This document shows, piece by piece, positions 51,010 to 59,631 of a DNA stretch of 64,000 nucleotides. The first letter of the stretch is position 1. The number at the start of each line of letters is the position of its first letter. Under the pieces are notes generated by a model, which was not told where the DNA came from, searched no databases, and saw only the letters and a list, made by a program, of their open reading frames with translations. This DNA comes from Acidimicrobiia bacterium (GTDB lineage: Bacteria; Actinomycetota; Acidimicrobiia; Spongiisociales; Spongiisociaceae): NCBI GenBank assembly GCA_041576165.1, contig JBFGLM010000021.1, positions 14,908 to 78,907 of the forward strand, written 5' to 3'. Both the position numbers and the translations under genes were made by a program.

Positions 51010-51152
51010 AGATCAGCCTCCTCATGCGTCATGCCAGCATGGTGCGTGACGACCGGCGGGCCGCCTATCGGGCGACTCCCCCATATCCGGGGTAGGGGTG
51101 CCGCCCCGGGCCGCGACCGCTCGGGCTGATCCCTCGCACAAAGCCTTGGGGC

Positions 51153-51166
51153 CGAACATGTGTTCG
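51153..51166 (+). promoter_or_regulatory. LexA (SOS) box upstream of recA
   Basis: CGAACATGTGTTCG followed by the -10-like TAATGT. Confidence 0.88.
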
Positions 51167-51197
51167 GCTAATGTGAGTCGGGCGGAGGATCGGTTTC

Positions 51198-51219
51198 TGT
51201 CATACCGGACCTCTACGGT
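51198..51219 (+). promoter_or_regulatory. RecA-NDp/PafBC-type promoter motif
   Basis: TGTCAT-N10-TACGGT has the spacing of the TGTCGG-N10-TANNNT consensus. Confidence 0.55.
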
Positions 51220-51370
51220 GACAACATCGACCGAATCAACCGACACCCAACTACACCGACACCCAACTACCCAGTCAACCCAACCCAGTCAACTCAACCC
51301 AGTTGATCAGTCAGCAGCACAACATCTGTCCGATGAGCGTGCCGCCCGGAGCGCGAGAAGGAGCAGCAAG

Positions 51371-52429
51371 GTGGAACGAGACAAAGCCCTCGATATGGCC
51401 ATGTCCCAGATCGAGCGACAGTTCGGGAAGGGCGCCATCATGCGACTCGGCGACGGGACGCATCAGCGGATCAGTACCATCTCCACCGGTGCGCTGTCGA
51501 TCGATCTCGCACTCGGGATCGGTGGCGTGCCCCGGGGCCGCATCGTCGAGATCTATGGTCCGGAGTCGAGCGGCAAGACCACGCTGGCGTTGCACGTCGT
51601 GGCAGAGGCCCAACGCAACGGCGGCATCGCTGCGTTCGTCGACGCGGAACACGCTCTCGATCCGGTTTACGCCAAGGCGCTGGGTGTCGACACCGACGAA
51701 CTGCTGATCTCTCAGCCCGACACCGGCGAGCAAGCACTCGAAATCACCGACATGCTGATCCGCTCGGGAGCGCTGGACGTGGTCGTGATCGACTCGGTGG
51801 CCGCGCTGGTTCCCCGGGCCGAGATCGAAGGCGAAATGGGCGACTCCCATGTTGGCCTCCAGGCCCGGCTGATGTCCCAGGCTCTCCGAAAACTGACCGG
51901 CACCATCAACCGATCACAGACGACCGCCGTCTTCATCAACCAGTTGCGGGAGAAGATCGGCGTGATGTTCGGTTCACCCGAAACGACACCGGGGGGCCGG
52001 GCCCTCAAGTTCTACTCGAGCGTCCGGATCGACGTGCGCCGGATCGAGTCGATCAAAGACGGACAGGAACAGACCGGTAACCGGGTACGAGCCAAGATCG
52101 TCAAGAACAAGCTGGCCCCGCCGTTCCGGATGGCCGAGTTCGACATCATGTTTGGCGAAGGTATCTCCCGGGAGGGCAGCCTCCTAGACGTGGCCGTGGA
52201 CGAAGGGGTCGTTCGCAAGAGTGGTGCGTGGTACACCTACGACGGCGATCAGCTCGGTCAGGGGAGAGAGAAGGCCAAGATCTTCTTGCGAGAGAATCCC
52301 GAAATCGCCATGCAACTCCAGGCCAAGGTGCTGGAAGCAGTCGGGCTGGCCGGGACCGACGAGGACGAGCCGGCCGCGGCCGACGCCCCCATTGTGCCCG
52401 AATCGGACGACGCTCCCGACGACATCTGA
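51371..52429 (+). CDS. recA: recombinase RecA
   Basis: [38 protein letters not shown]; no intein. Confidence 0.98.
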   Translation: MERDKALDMAMSQIERQFGKGAIMRLGDGTHQRISTISTGALSIDLALGIGGVPRGRIVEIYGPESSGKTTLALHVVAEAQRNGGIAAFVDAEHALDPVYAKALGVDTDELLISQPDTGEQALEITDMLIRSGALDVVVIDSVAALVPRAEIEGEMGDSHVGLQARLMSQALRKLTGTINRSQTTAVFINQLREKIGVMFGSPETTPGGRALKFYSSVRIDVRRIESIKDGQEQTGNRVRAKIVKNKLAPPFRMAEFDIMFGEGISREGSLLDVAVDEGVVRKSGAWYTYDGDQLGQGREKAKIFLRENPEIAMQLQAKVLEAVGLAGTDEDEPAAADAPIVPESDDAPDDI

Positions 52430-52601
52430 GCGCAGAGAGGGGTCGACCCTCGTCTCGGATCGGGGTACGTCGCTCGGGCGTGGCGCCGTGTCCGCACTAA
52501 AAGTGGTCCCAATATCTCGGAAAGTGGCGAAGTGTGCCTGGTTAGTTATCCACAGGCGAAGTCCGCCACGAGACGGGATTTGTCGGGTACGATGCGTGGT
52601 A

Positions 52602-52755
52602 GGCACACATACCACCAGAAACATTTACCGATAAACAACGATATGCAACGAAACTGCCCTAAACGCGGAGGGGGATCGCCAGTAACCCGGGACTGACCGG
52701 GATTTCGCGCGGTTGCGACTCATGGAGTGTGTGTGCCGAGCCGGTGGCTCGGCAC
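52602..52755 (+). ncRNA. candidate structured RNA (6S-like or rny leader)
   Basis: TACGAT -10 at 52588; closing stem 52602-52612/52727-52737, A-rich bubble, inner stems, 3' hairpin 52733-52755. Confidence 0.45.
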
Positions 52756-52786
52756 GTCTGTATTTAGGGCACCGAAAGGCGGCACC

Positions 52787-54328
52787 ATGGATACTTGGAT
52801 TGGCATCGCCCTAGGAGCAGCCGGCGTGATTCTCGGACTCGTAGCCGGCATCCTGGCCGTCCGAATTCTTGGATCCCGTCGCGCGCCGACCGGGGAGGGC
52901 GGCTCCGAGGAGCTGGAGACGTCCGCTCGCATCGAAGCGCAGCGGATCTTGTCACGAGCCGAAGAGGAAGGCCGGGCCAAGGCTGAGGCATACCGGGAGC
53001 GCGAGGATGTGCAACTGGAACATCGCCGGCTCGAGCTCGCCTCGTCGGAGGAGCGGCTGGTTCAGCGAGAACAGACGTTGGAGCAACGGGCCAGCAATCT
53101 GGCGCAACGCGAACAGCTGCTCATCCACCGCGAGGCCGAGATCGCGGAGCTCCGAACCGAATCGGAACGCCTGCGGGAAGAAGCCCGGGGCTCGCTCGAG
53201 CGTCTGGCGGGGATCGACGCCCGGGCGGCCAAGGACGAACTGCTCGAGCAGGTGCGGGACGAGGCCCGGCGCGAGGCCATGATCCTGGTCCGTGACACCG
53301 AGGTAAAGGCCCGAGAGGAGGCCGATCGGCGGGCACGGCGCATCCTGACCAGCGCAATTCAGCGGCTGTCGTCCGAGGTGGTGACCGAGACAACCGTGTC
53401 AGTGGTGGAGCTCCCCTCGGACGACATGAAGGGTCGCATCATCGGCCGGGAGGGGCGCAACATTCGGGCATTCGAGGCGATCACCGGGGTGAATCTGATC
53501 GTGGACGACACCCCCGAGGCAGTATCGGTCGCCAGCTTCGATCCGGTGCGGCGCGAGGTCGCCCGTATCACCCTCGAGCGATTGGTGGCCGACGGCCGGA
53601 TCCATCCCGCATCGATCGAGGAATGGCATGACAAGGCCCAGGCCGAGGTCGAGCAGAGCGTGCGCGACGCCGGGGAGTGGGCGTTGGTGGAGGTTGGACT
53701 CTCTCGCATGCATCCTGAGTTGGTGACCCTGCTGGGCCGGCTCAAGTATCGGACCTCCTACGGTCAGAACGTCCTGAACCATTTGGTGGAAAGCGCCCAT
53801 ATCGCATCGATGCTGGCATCGGAGCTGGCGATCGACCCCGCCCCGGTGAAGCGAGCTGCGTTCCTCCATGACATCGGCAAAGCCGTGACGCACGAGGTCG
53901 AGGGTTCTCATGCGCTGATCGGCGCCGAAATCGCTCGCCGGTTCGGAGAGGACCCCTCGATCGTGCACGGGATCGAGGCCCACCACAACGAGGTCGAGCC
54001 GCGCACGTTGTTGGCCGTTCTGGTGCAGGCGGCCGATGCCGTCTCTGCGGCCCGTCCCGGGGCTCGGCGGGAAGCATTGGAGTCCTACGTCCGGCGGCTC
54101 GAGCGGCTGGAGGAGATCGCCAAGGAGTTCAATGGCGTCGACCGAGTATTCGCCATGCAAGCCGGCCGTGAGGTGCGGGTGGTGGTGGATCCGGGCGAGG
54201 TCGACGACCTGGGAGCCAACGATCTGGCTCGGCGGATCGCCCGCCGTCTGGAGGAGGACCTCCATTATCCCGGCCAGATCCAGGTGACCGTCATCCGCGA
54301 ACTCCGGGTCAGCGACTACGCGCGATAA
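52787..54328 (+). CDS. rny: ribonuclease Y
   Basis: TM anchor, coiled coil, KH KGRIIGREGRNIR, HD LHDIGK, ADAVSAARPGAR. Confidence 0.96.
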   Translation: MDTWIGIALGAAGVILGLVAGILAVRILGSRRAPTGEGGSEELETSARIEAQRILSRAEEEGRAKAEAYREREDVQLEHRRLELASSEERLVQREQTLEQRASNLAQREQLLIHREAEIAELRTESERLREEARGSLERLAGIDARAAKDELLEQVRDEARREAMILVRDTEVKAREEADRRARRILTSAIQRLSSEVVTETTVSVVELPSDDMKGRIIGREGRNIRAFEAITGVNLIVDDTPEAVSVASFDPVRREVARITLERLVADGRIHPASIEEWHDKAQAEVEQSVRDAGEWALVEVGLSRMHPELVTLLGRLKYRTSYGQNVLNHLVESAHIASMLASELAIDPAPVKRAAFLHDIGKAVTHEVEGSHALIGAEIARRFGEDPSIVHGIEAHHNEVEPRTLLAVLVQAADAVSAARPGARREALESYVRRLERLEEIAKEFNGVDRVFAMQAGREVRVVVDPGEVDDLGANDLARRIARRLEEDLHYPGQIQVTVIRELRVSDYAR

Positions 54329-54337
54329 TTGCCGGCA

Positions 54338-55726
54338 ATGACTCAGGCCGTGTTTCTCGCCGACCCCACGCGCCGCTATACCGAAGCGCGGCCGCCGACG
54401 CGCGCCGGCAAGACCTATTTCATCCGCACCTTCGGTTGTCAGATGAACGAGCATGACTCTGAACGCATCGCCGGCCTGTTTGAAGCTGACGGGATGACCC
54501 GGTCGAGCAGCGCCGAAACGGCCGACGTCGTGTTCATCAACACGTGCACTATTCGCGAGAACGCCGACAACAAGCTCTACGGCAATCTGGGCCATCTCAA
54601 GGGTCTCAAAGACGAAGATCCCGGGCGGCTGCTGGTGGTGGGCGGCTGTGCTGCGCAGAAAGACCGAGAGCTGGTGCGGGAGCGGGCCCCGTGGGTCGAC
54701 GTCGTGATGGGCACGCACAACCTGGACCGGGTCCTCCACCTGATGGACCAGGCCCAGGAGTGGGGGCCAGTTACTGAGATCGCCGATGAGCTGGAGGCCA
54801 TGCCCTCCGAGCTACCGGTTCGCCGAGAAGTCCCGCACGCCGCGTGGGTGACCATCCAGGTGGGATGTAACAACACCTGCACGTTCTGCATCGTGCCTGC
54901 GGTGCGGGGGGTGGAGGTCAGCCGCCGGCCGGGGGACGTCATTCGCGAAGTCGAGCAGCTGGCACGCGACGGGGTCGTCGAAGTCACCCTGCTGGGCCAG
55001 AACGTCAACACGTACGGTCGGGATCTGGCGATCGACGGTCGCCGCCGGCCGGTGTTCGCCGACCTCTTGCGCCGGGTGGGGGCGGTCGAGGGCATCCGGA
55101 GGGTCCGATTCACGAGTCCCCATCCGAACGACTTCCGGGAGGACGTCGCCCGGGCGATGGCGGAGACCCCTGCGGTGTGCGAGCAGCTCCATTTCCCGCT
55201 CCAGTCGGGTTCGAACCGGATCCTGGCGGCGATGCACCGGGGCTACACGGCAGAGAAGTTCCTGCGCCGGCTGCGCCTCGCCCGAGACGTGATCCCCGAG
55301 GTGACCGTGTCAACGGACGTCATCGTCGGTTTTCCTGGTGAGACGGAGGATGATTTCGCGGCGACTCTCGGTGTGATCGAAGCGGCCCCATTCGACCAGG
55401 CCTTCATGTTCATCTTTTCGCCCCGCCCCGGGACCGCCGCAGCCCAGTGGAATGACCGTTTCGTTGATCCCGACGTCGTCCAACAGCGATTCGAGCGTTT
55501 GGTGCAAGCGCAGAATGAGATATCCCGCGATCGCAACCGACGCCACCTCGGCGAACGGATGGAGGTGCTCGTGGAAGGACCATCAAAGAAGCGCCCCGAT
55601 GTGGCCACCACCCGCAGCCGGGGGAACAAGGTCGTGCACGTGCCGGGCACCTTCGAACCGGGGACCTTCTTCGCGGTGGAGATCATCGACGCGGCGCAGC
55701 ACCATCTCATAGGGAGACCGGTCTGA
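54338..55726 (+). CDS. miaB: tRNA-2-methylthio-N6-dimethylallyladenosine synthase
   Basis: TFGCQMNEHDSE, GCNNTCTFCIVP, LQSGS, TRAM domain. Confidence 0.96.
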   Translation: MTQAVFLADPTRRYTEARPPTRAGKTYFIRTFGCQMNEHDSERIAGLFEADGMTRSSSAETADVVFINTCTIRENADNKLYGNLGHLKGLKDEDPGRLLVVGGCAAQKDRELVRERAPWVDVVMGTHNLDRVLHLMDQAQEWGPVTEIADELEAMPSELPVRREVPHAAWVTIQVGCNNTCTFCIVPAVRGVEVSRRPGDVIREVEQLARDGVVEVTLLGQNVNTYGRDLAIDGRRRPVFADLLRRVGAVEGIRRVRFTSPHPNDFREDVARAMAETPAVCEQLHFPLQSGSNRILAAMHRGYTAEKFLRRLRLARDVIPEVTVSTDVIVGFPGETEDDFAATLGVIEAAPFDQAFMFIFSPRPGTAAAQWNDRFVDPDVVQQRFERLVQAQNEISRDRNRRHLGERMEVLVEGPSKKRPDVATTRSRGNKVVHVPGTFEPGTFFAVEIIDAAQHHLIGRPV

Positions 55727-56646
55727 CCGACATCTGGGCGGTTCTGGGCCCCACCGCGTCTGGGAAGAGCGACATCGCGCTACGCCTGGCGTCGGCGACC
55801 GGCGGAAGTGTTGTGTCGGTCGATTCGATGCAGGCCTACCGCGACATGGACATCGGCACCGCCAAGCCCACCGCGGAGGAGCGCCGCCGGGTCCGCCATG
55901 ATCTCGTCGACCTAGCCGACCCCGCGGACGATCTCACGGTCGCACAGATCCAGCGCCTCGGCCGGGCGGCATTGGACCGAGCGCAGGCCGTTGGAGAACA
56001 CATCATCATCGCTGGAGGCTCCGGTCTCCATTTCCGGGCGCTGGTCGACCCGCTGGAGTTCCCGCCTTCCGATCCCGAAGTGCGGGCCGTGGTCGATGCG
56101 TTGAGCGCGGTCGAAGCCCGCCAAGCCCTGGAGGCGGCCGACCCCGACGCCGAAGACCATATCGACCTCGACAACCCCCGCCGGGTGCAACGCGCGCTCG
56201 AGATCATTCGTCTCGGCGGCCCTCCGCCGAGCGAGCGACTCGGTTCACCCCAAGCCATTGCCGTGCGGGACTACCAGCCGCTGTACATGTTCACGGCCGT
56301 CGGGTTGGATCCCGGCCCCAAACTCGAGGCTCGGGTGCGATCCCGATTCCAGGCCATGCTCGACAACGGCTTGCTGGACGAGGTGGCTGCTCTCGTCGGC
56401 CGGTTGGGTCGCAACGCCTCTCAGGCGGTTGGATACAAAGAGCTGCTGCCCGCGGTGGCGGGGGAGTGCGAGCTGAAAGAGGCGACCGAAGCGGCCGTAC
56501 GTGCCACCGTCCGCCTGGCCCGGCGGCAACGAACCTTCTTTCGGCGCGACCCTAGGATCACCTGGATCGGATGGCATGACGATCCCGATGTGCGCTATGG
56601 GCGTGCCCGGGAAGTGCTCGAGGCGGGTCCAGCATGGAATTCGTGA
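55723..56646 (+). CDS. miaA: tRNA dimethylallyltransferase (probable CTG start)
   Basis: In-frame LTDIWAVLGPTASGKS upstream of the ORF-track start, then DSMQAYRDMDIGTAKP, GGSGL, ARRQRTFF. Confidence 0.93.
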   Translation: MTDIWAVLGPTASGKSDIALRLASATGGSVVSVDSMQAYRDMDIGTAKPTAEERRRVRHDLVDLADPADDLTVAQIQRLGRAALDRAQAVGEHIIIAGGSGLHFRALVDPLEFPPSDPEVRAVVDALSAVEARQALEAADPDAEDHIDLDNPRRVQRALEIIRLGGPPPSERLGSPQAIAVRDYQPLYMFTAVGLDPGPKLEARVRSRFQAMLDNGLLDEVAALVGRLGRNASQAVGYKELLPAVAGECELKEATEAAVRATVRLARRQRTFFRRDPRITWIGWHDDPDVRYGRAREVLEAGPAWNS

Positions 56647-57389
56647 AGATGCACGGTCTCGGCAACGACTTCGTTGTCGTGGAAGGCGAAGAACCGCCGG
56701 CGGTCGAGGTCATCCGCGAATGGTGCGACCGGCGGCGAGGAATCGGTGCCGATGGGGTGCTGTGGGTGACACCGACCGGAGGTGACACGGCGATCCGTAT
56801 GGAGTACTGGAACGCCGATGGGTCAGTGGCCGAAATGTGCGGCAACGGTCTGCGCTGCGCTGCCCGATATGGCTACGACCGGGGATGGGCGGTCTCCACC
56901 GACTTCTCGGTCGAGACGGTGGTGGGAACCAACCGGGCCGAAATCGTTGGTCCCGGCGAGGTCCGGGTGGAGCTGGGCAAGTATGCCGTGGGCGAAACGG
57001 TCGAGGTGAGCGGGACCACCTTCCACTGTGTGGCTGCGGGTAACCCGCATGCGGTGACGTTCGTATCCGACACCGAGGCCGCCCCACTGACAACCCTGGG
57101 ACCGCTCGTCGAAAACGATCTGCATTTTCCGGAGAGGACCAACGTCGAGTTCGCAGCCGTCGGCGGTGACACCATCGATCTGCGGGTCTGGGAGCGAGGC
57201 ATCGGCGAGACGCTCGCGTGCGGGACGGGAGCCGCCGCCACCGCAGCCGTCGCCCGCACGCTGGGATACGTCGCGGATACCGTCACCGTCAAGCTGTTGG
57301 GCGGACCGCTCCGGGTCGAACTCGTCGATGAGGTGGCTTGGATCACCGGGGCTGCCGAGTACGCCTTTCGGGGCGAGACCAGCGTCTAG
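56634..57389 (+). CDS. dapF: diaminopimelate epimerase
   Basis: KMHGLGNDF, EMCGNGLRC, GNPH, ERGIGETLACGTG. Confidence 0.96.
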   Translation: MEFVKMHGLGNDFVVVEGEEPPAVEVIREWCDRRRGIGADGVLWVTPTGGDTAIRMEYWNADGSVAEMCGNGLRCAARYGYDRGWAVSTDFSVETVVGTNRAEIVGPGEVRVELGKYAVGETVEVSGTTFHCVAAGNPHAVTFVSDTEAAPLTTLGPLVENDLHFPERTNVEFAAVGGDTIDLRVWERGIGETLACGTGAAATAAVARTLGYVADTVTVKLLGGPLRVELVDEVAWITGAAEYAFRGETSV

Positions 57390-57406
57390 CCCGCGGCTGC
57401 GACGTT

Positions 57407-58036
57407 TCAACGCAGACTTCGAAAGACCGCCACCACCTTGCCCAGGATCTCGACTGCGTCATCGAACACCATCGGCCGATACGCCGCATTCTCCGAATGG
57501 AGGATCACCGAGCCGTTGCGGCGCTCGAGCCGTTTCACCGTAGCTTCTTCACCCTCGACTAGACAGGCCACGATCTCACCGTCGAGGGCGTCCTTCTGAC
57601 TACGGATCACGACCAAGTCACCGTCGATGATGCCCGCCTCGACCATGGAGTCACCCTTGACCTGGAGCATGAAAACCGGACCGCTCCCGACGATGGACTC
57701 CGGCAGCGGCATGATCTCCTCGATCGTCTCCTCGGCCAGGATCGGTGAACCCGCCGCGATACGACCGACCAGCGGCACGTCACGCACCGGGCTGCGCTCC
57801 AATCCGGAGCCTGGGACCGACTCGGGATCGACGATCTCGATCGCGCGCGGCTTCGACGGATCCCGTCGCAAATAACCCGCCTTGACCAAAGCCGACAGGT
57901 GGCTGTGCACGGTCGAGGGCGAGCTGAGGCCGAGCTGCTCTCCGATTTCGCGCACCGACGGTGGATAGCCACGCGATTCGACCGCGTCGCGGATGAGTCG
58001 GAGGACCTGTTCCTGACGAGTGCTCAGTTCACCCAT
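57407..58036 (-). CDS. lexA: SOS repressor LexA
   Basis: GYPPSVREI, cleavage site IAAG, GDSM, TVKR. Confidence 0.96.
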   Translation of the reverse strand: MGELSTRQEQVLRLIRDAVESRGYPPSVREIGEQLGLSSPSTVHSHLSALVKAGYLRRDPSKPRAIEIVDPESVPGSGLERSPVRDVPLVGRIAAGSPILAEETIEEIMPLPESIVGSGPVFMLQVKGDSMVEAGIIDGDLVVIRSQKDALDGEIVACLVEGEEATVKRLERRNGSVILHSENAAYRPMVFDDAVEILGKVVAVFRSLR

Positions 58037-58247
58037 GCGCTCTCTTCTCCTGTGCTGATCCCTACTCGTGCGTGCATTCCTGTGCGGCTTCCGTACGTGC
58101 CTCTCCCGGCCCGACCAATCGATCGGCAGCGAACGGGTCGTTATGCGTCTCCCCTCAACACTCCCTGCGACACTCGCCTCGAACTGTTCCCTTGAGCTCT
58201 TCCCTTGAGCTCTTCCGTTGGGTCTCCTCGAAGCGGCGCCCGCCACA

Positions 58248-58418
58248 CGAACGTATGTACGCCTCAAATGTACCCGGCCTCACCGACAAAATCAAACATA
58301 TGTTCGGCTGGCGCGACCGAGGCGAGCGATTCTGCAGTGCGCCGGCCGTCCTCGAAAAGCCCCCTTGACATCGAACGTGTGTTCGGGAATACTGCCGCCT
58401 ACGTCGAACAGGCGTTCG
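58248..58418. promoter_or_regulatory. four LexA boxes and a sigma70-type promoter in the lexA/LysM intergenic region
   Basis: CGAACGTATGTACG (58248), CAAACATATGTTCG (58293), CGAACGTGTGTTCG (58372), CGAACAGGCGTTCG (58405); TTGACA (58365)-17 nt-AATACT (58388). Confidence 0.85.
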
Positions 58419-58698
58419 GTGCCCAGCGGACCCGGTTCGGCGGTGGAACGGCGGCTCTGTTGCCTTACGCCGGAACCGGCCAGCGGCAACGTGGACGTGG
58501 CAGCCCGGTCCTCCGCACGGGAAATGTCACACCGGAGCCGTAGCGTGCTCGCAGCTGACCTCGGGGGCAGCCCGAGCACCGGCGCACCGGCGCCAGCGTG
58601 CTGGTCTGGACCAATACGGACCGGACGAGTACGGACCGGCCAGAGCGCACAGGGCACAGACCGAGAAAGGCGACGGGAGTGAGAAAGGGGATGAACCC

Positions 58699-59052
58699 GT
58701 GGAACTGACAAACAACCGCTCGCCGCATCACCGGTCAGGCCGCTCCACGGAAGTGACGAAAGGCGACCCGACGGCGAAACACACCAAGGCCCCCTTGCGG
58801 GCCGCGGTCCTCCTCACCACCGTCGTGGCTTCGGTCTTTCTGATCTTCTCATCCGGGGTCGAAGCAGACAGCGCCCCACGCCAGACCGTCCTGCACGTCG
58901 TTCAGCCGGGTGACACCCTTTGGGACCTGGCCCGCCGGCATACGCCCGCCGGCGGCGACGTGCGGGCCACGGTCGGCCACATTCGCCACCTGAACGGCCT
59001 ACCGGGCAGCACGGTCGAGGTGGGCACGGCGTTGCACATCCCGTCGGGTTGA
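58699..59052 (+). CDS. TM-LysM protein, SOS cell-division inhibitor-like (YneA/ChiZ type)
   Basis: TM segment then HVVQPGDTLWDLA..I..LNGL; divergent from lexA, upstream of nrdR. Confidence 0.85.
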   Translation: MELTNNRSPHHRSGRSTEVTKGDPTAKHTKAPLRAAVLLTTVVASVFLIFSSGVEADSAPRQTVLHVVQPGDTLWDLARRHTPAGGDVRATVGHIRHLNGLPGSTVEVGTALHIPSG

Positions 59053-59155
59053 CGCACGGGCCGCCCTCCGCCCCTTCACGCCTGACCGGCGCTCCCGGTT
59101 AGTGCGAAGACCATTCGCGGGCCGACCAACCGGCTTTCCGGTACGCTCCCTGGGC

Positions 59156-59605
59156 ATGAAATGTCCGTTCTGCGCGTCTGGCGATACCCGGGTGGTCGAC
59201 AGCCGACCGGCTGACAACGGCTCTTCTATCCGGCGCCGGCGCCAGTGCGAGTCATGCGACGAGCGCTTCACCACTTATGAGCGGCTCGAGGCCCCACTCA
59301 TGGTGCGAAAACGTGACGGGTCCCTTCAGGTGTTCCAGGGCGAGAAGGTTCGAGCCGGGATTCGCCGGGCGCTGGCGGACGAGAGCCCAACCGAATCCGA
59401 GCTCGCCGACGCCGTCGCCAACATCGAGGCGGCCCTGCGCAGCCAGGGCCGAGAGGTTCCCAGCGACGAGATCGGGAATCAGGTCTTGGCCTATTTGCGA
59501 ACGCTGGGCGATGCCGCCTATTTGCGATTCGCCAGCGTGTACAAGGAGTTCCGCGACGCTCGAGATTTCGAACGCGAGGTAGCCGCCCTCGAAGGCACCG
59601 ATTAG
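59156..59605 (+). CDS. nrdR: transcriptional repressor NrdR
   Basis: MKCPFC, RRRRQCESC, RFTTYE, AYLRFASVY. Confidence 0.97.
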   Translation: MKCPFCASGDTRVVDSRPADNGSSIRRRRQCESCDERFTTYERLEAPLMVRKRDGSLQVFQGEKVRAGIRRALADESPTESELADAVANIEAALRSQGREVPSDEIGNQVLAYLRTLGDAAYLRFASVYKEFRDARDFEREVAALEGTD

Positions 59606-59631
59606 GACGGTCGAGGCGGTTCGGGAGCGGG

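Noticed and set aside
51371-52429. Intein in RecA or in ATPase subunit A
   Set aside because: Both have normal length and contiguous motifs.
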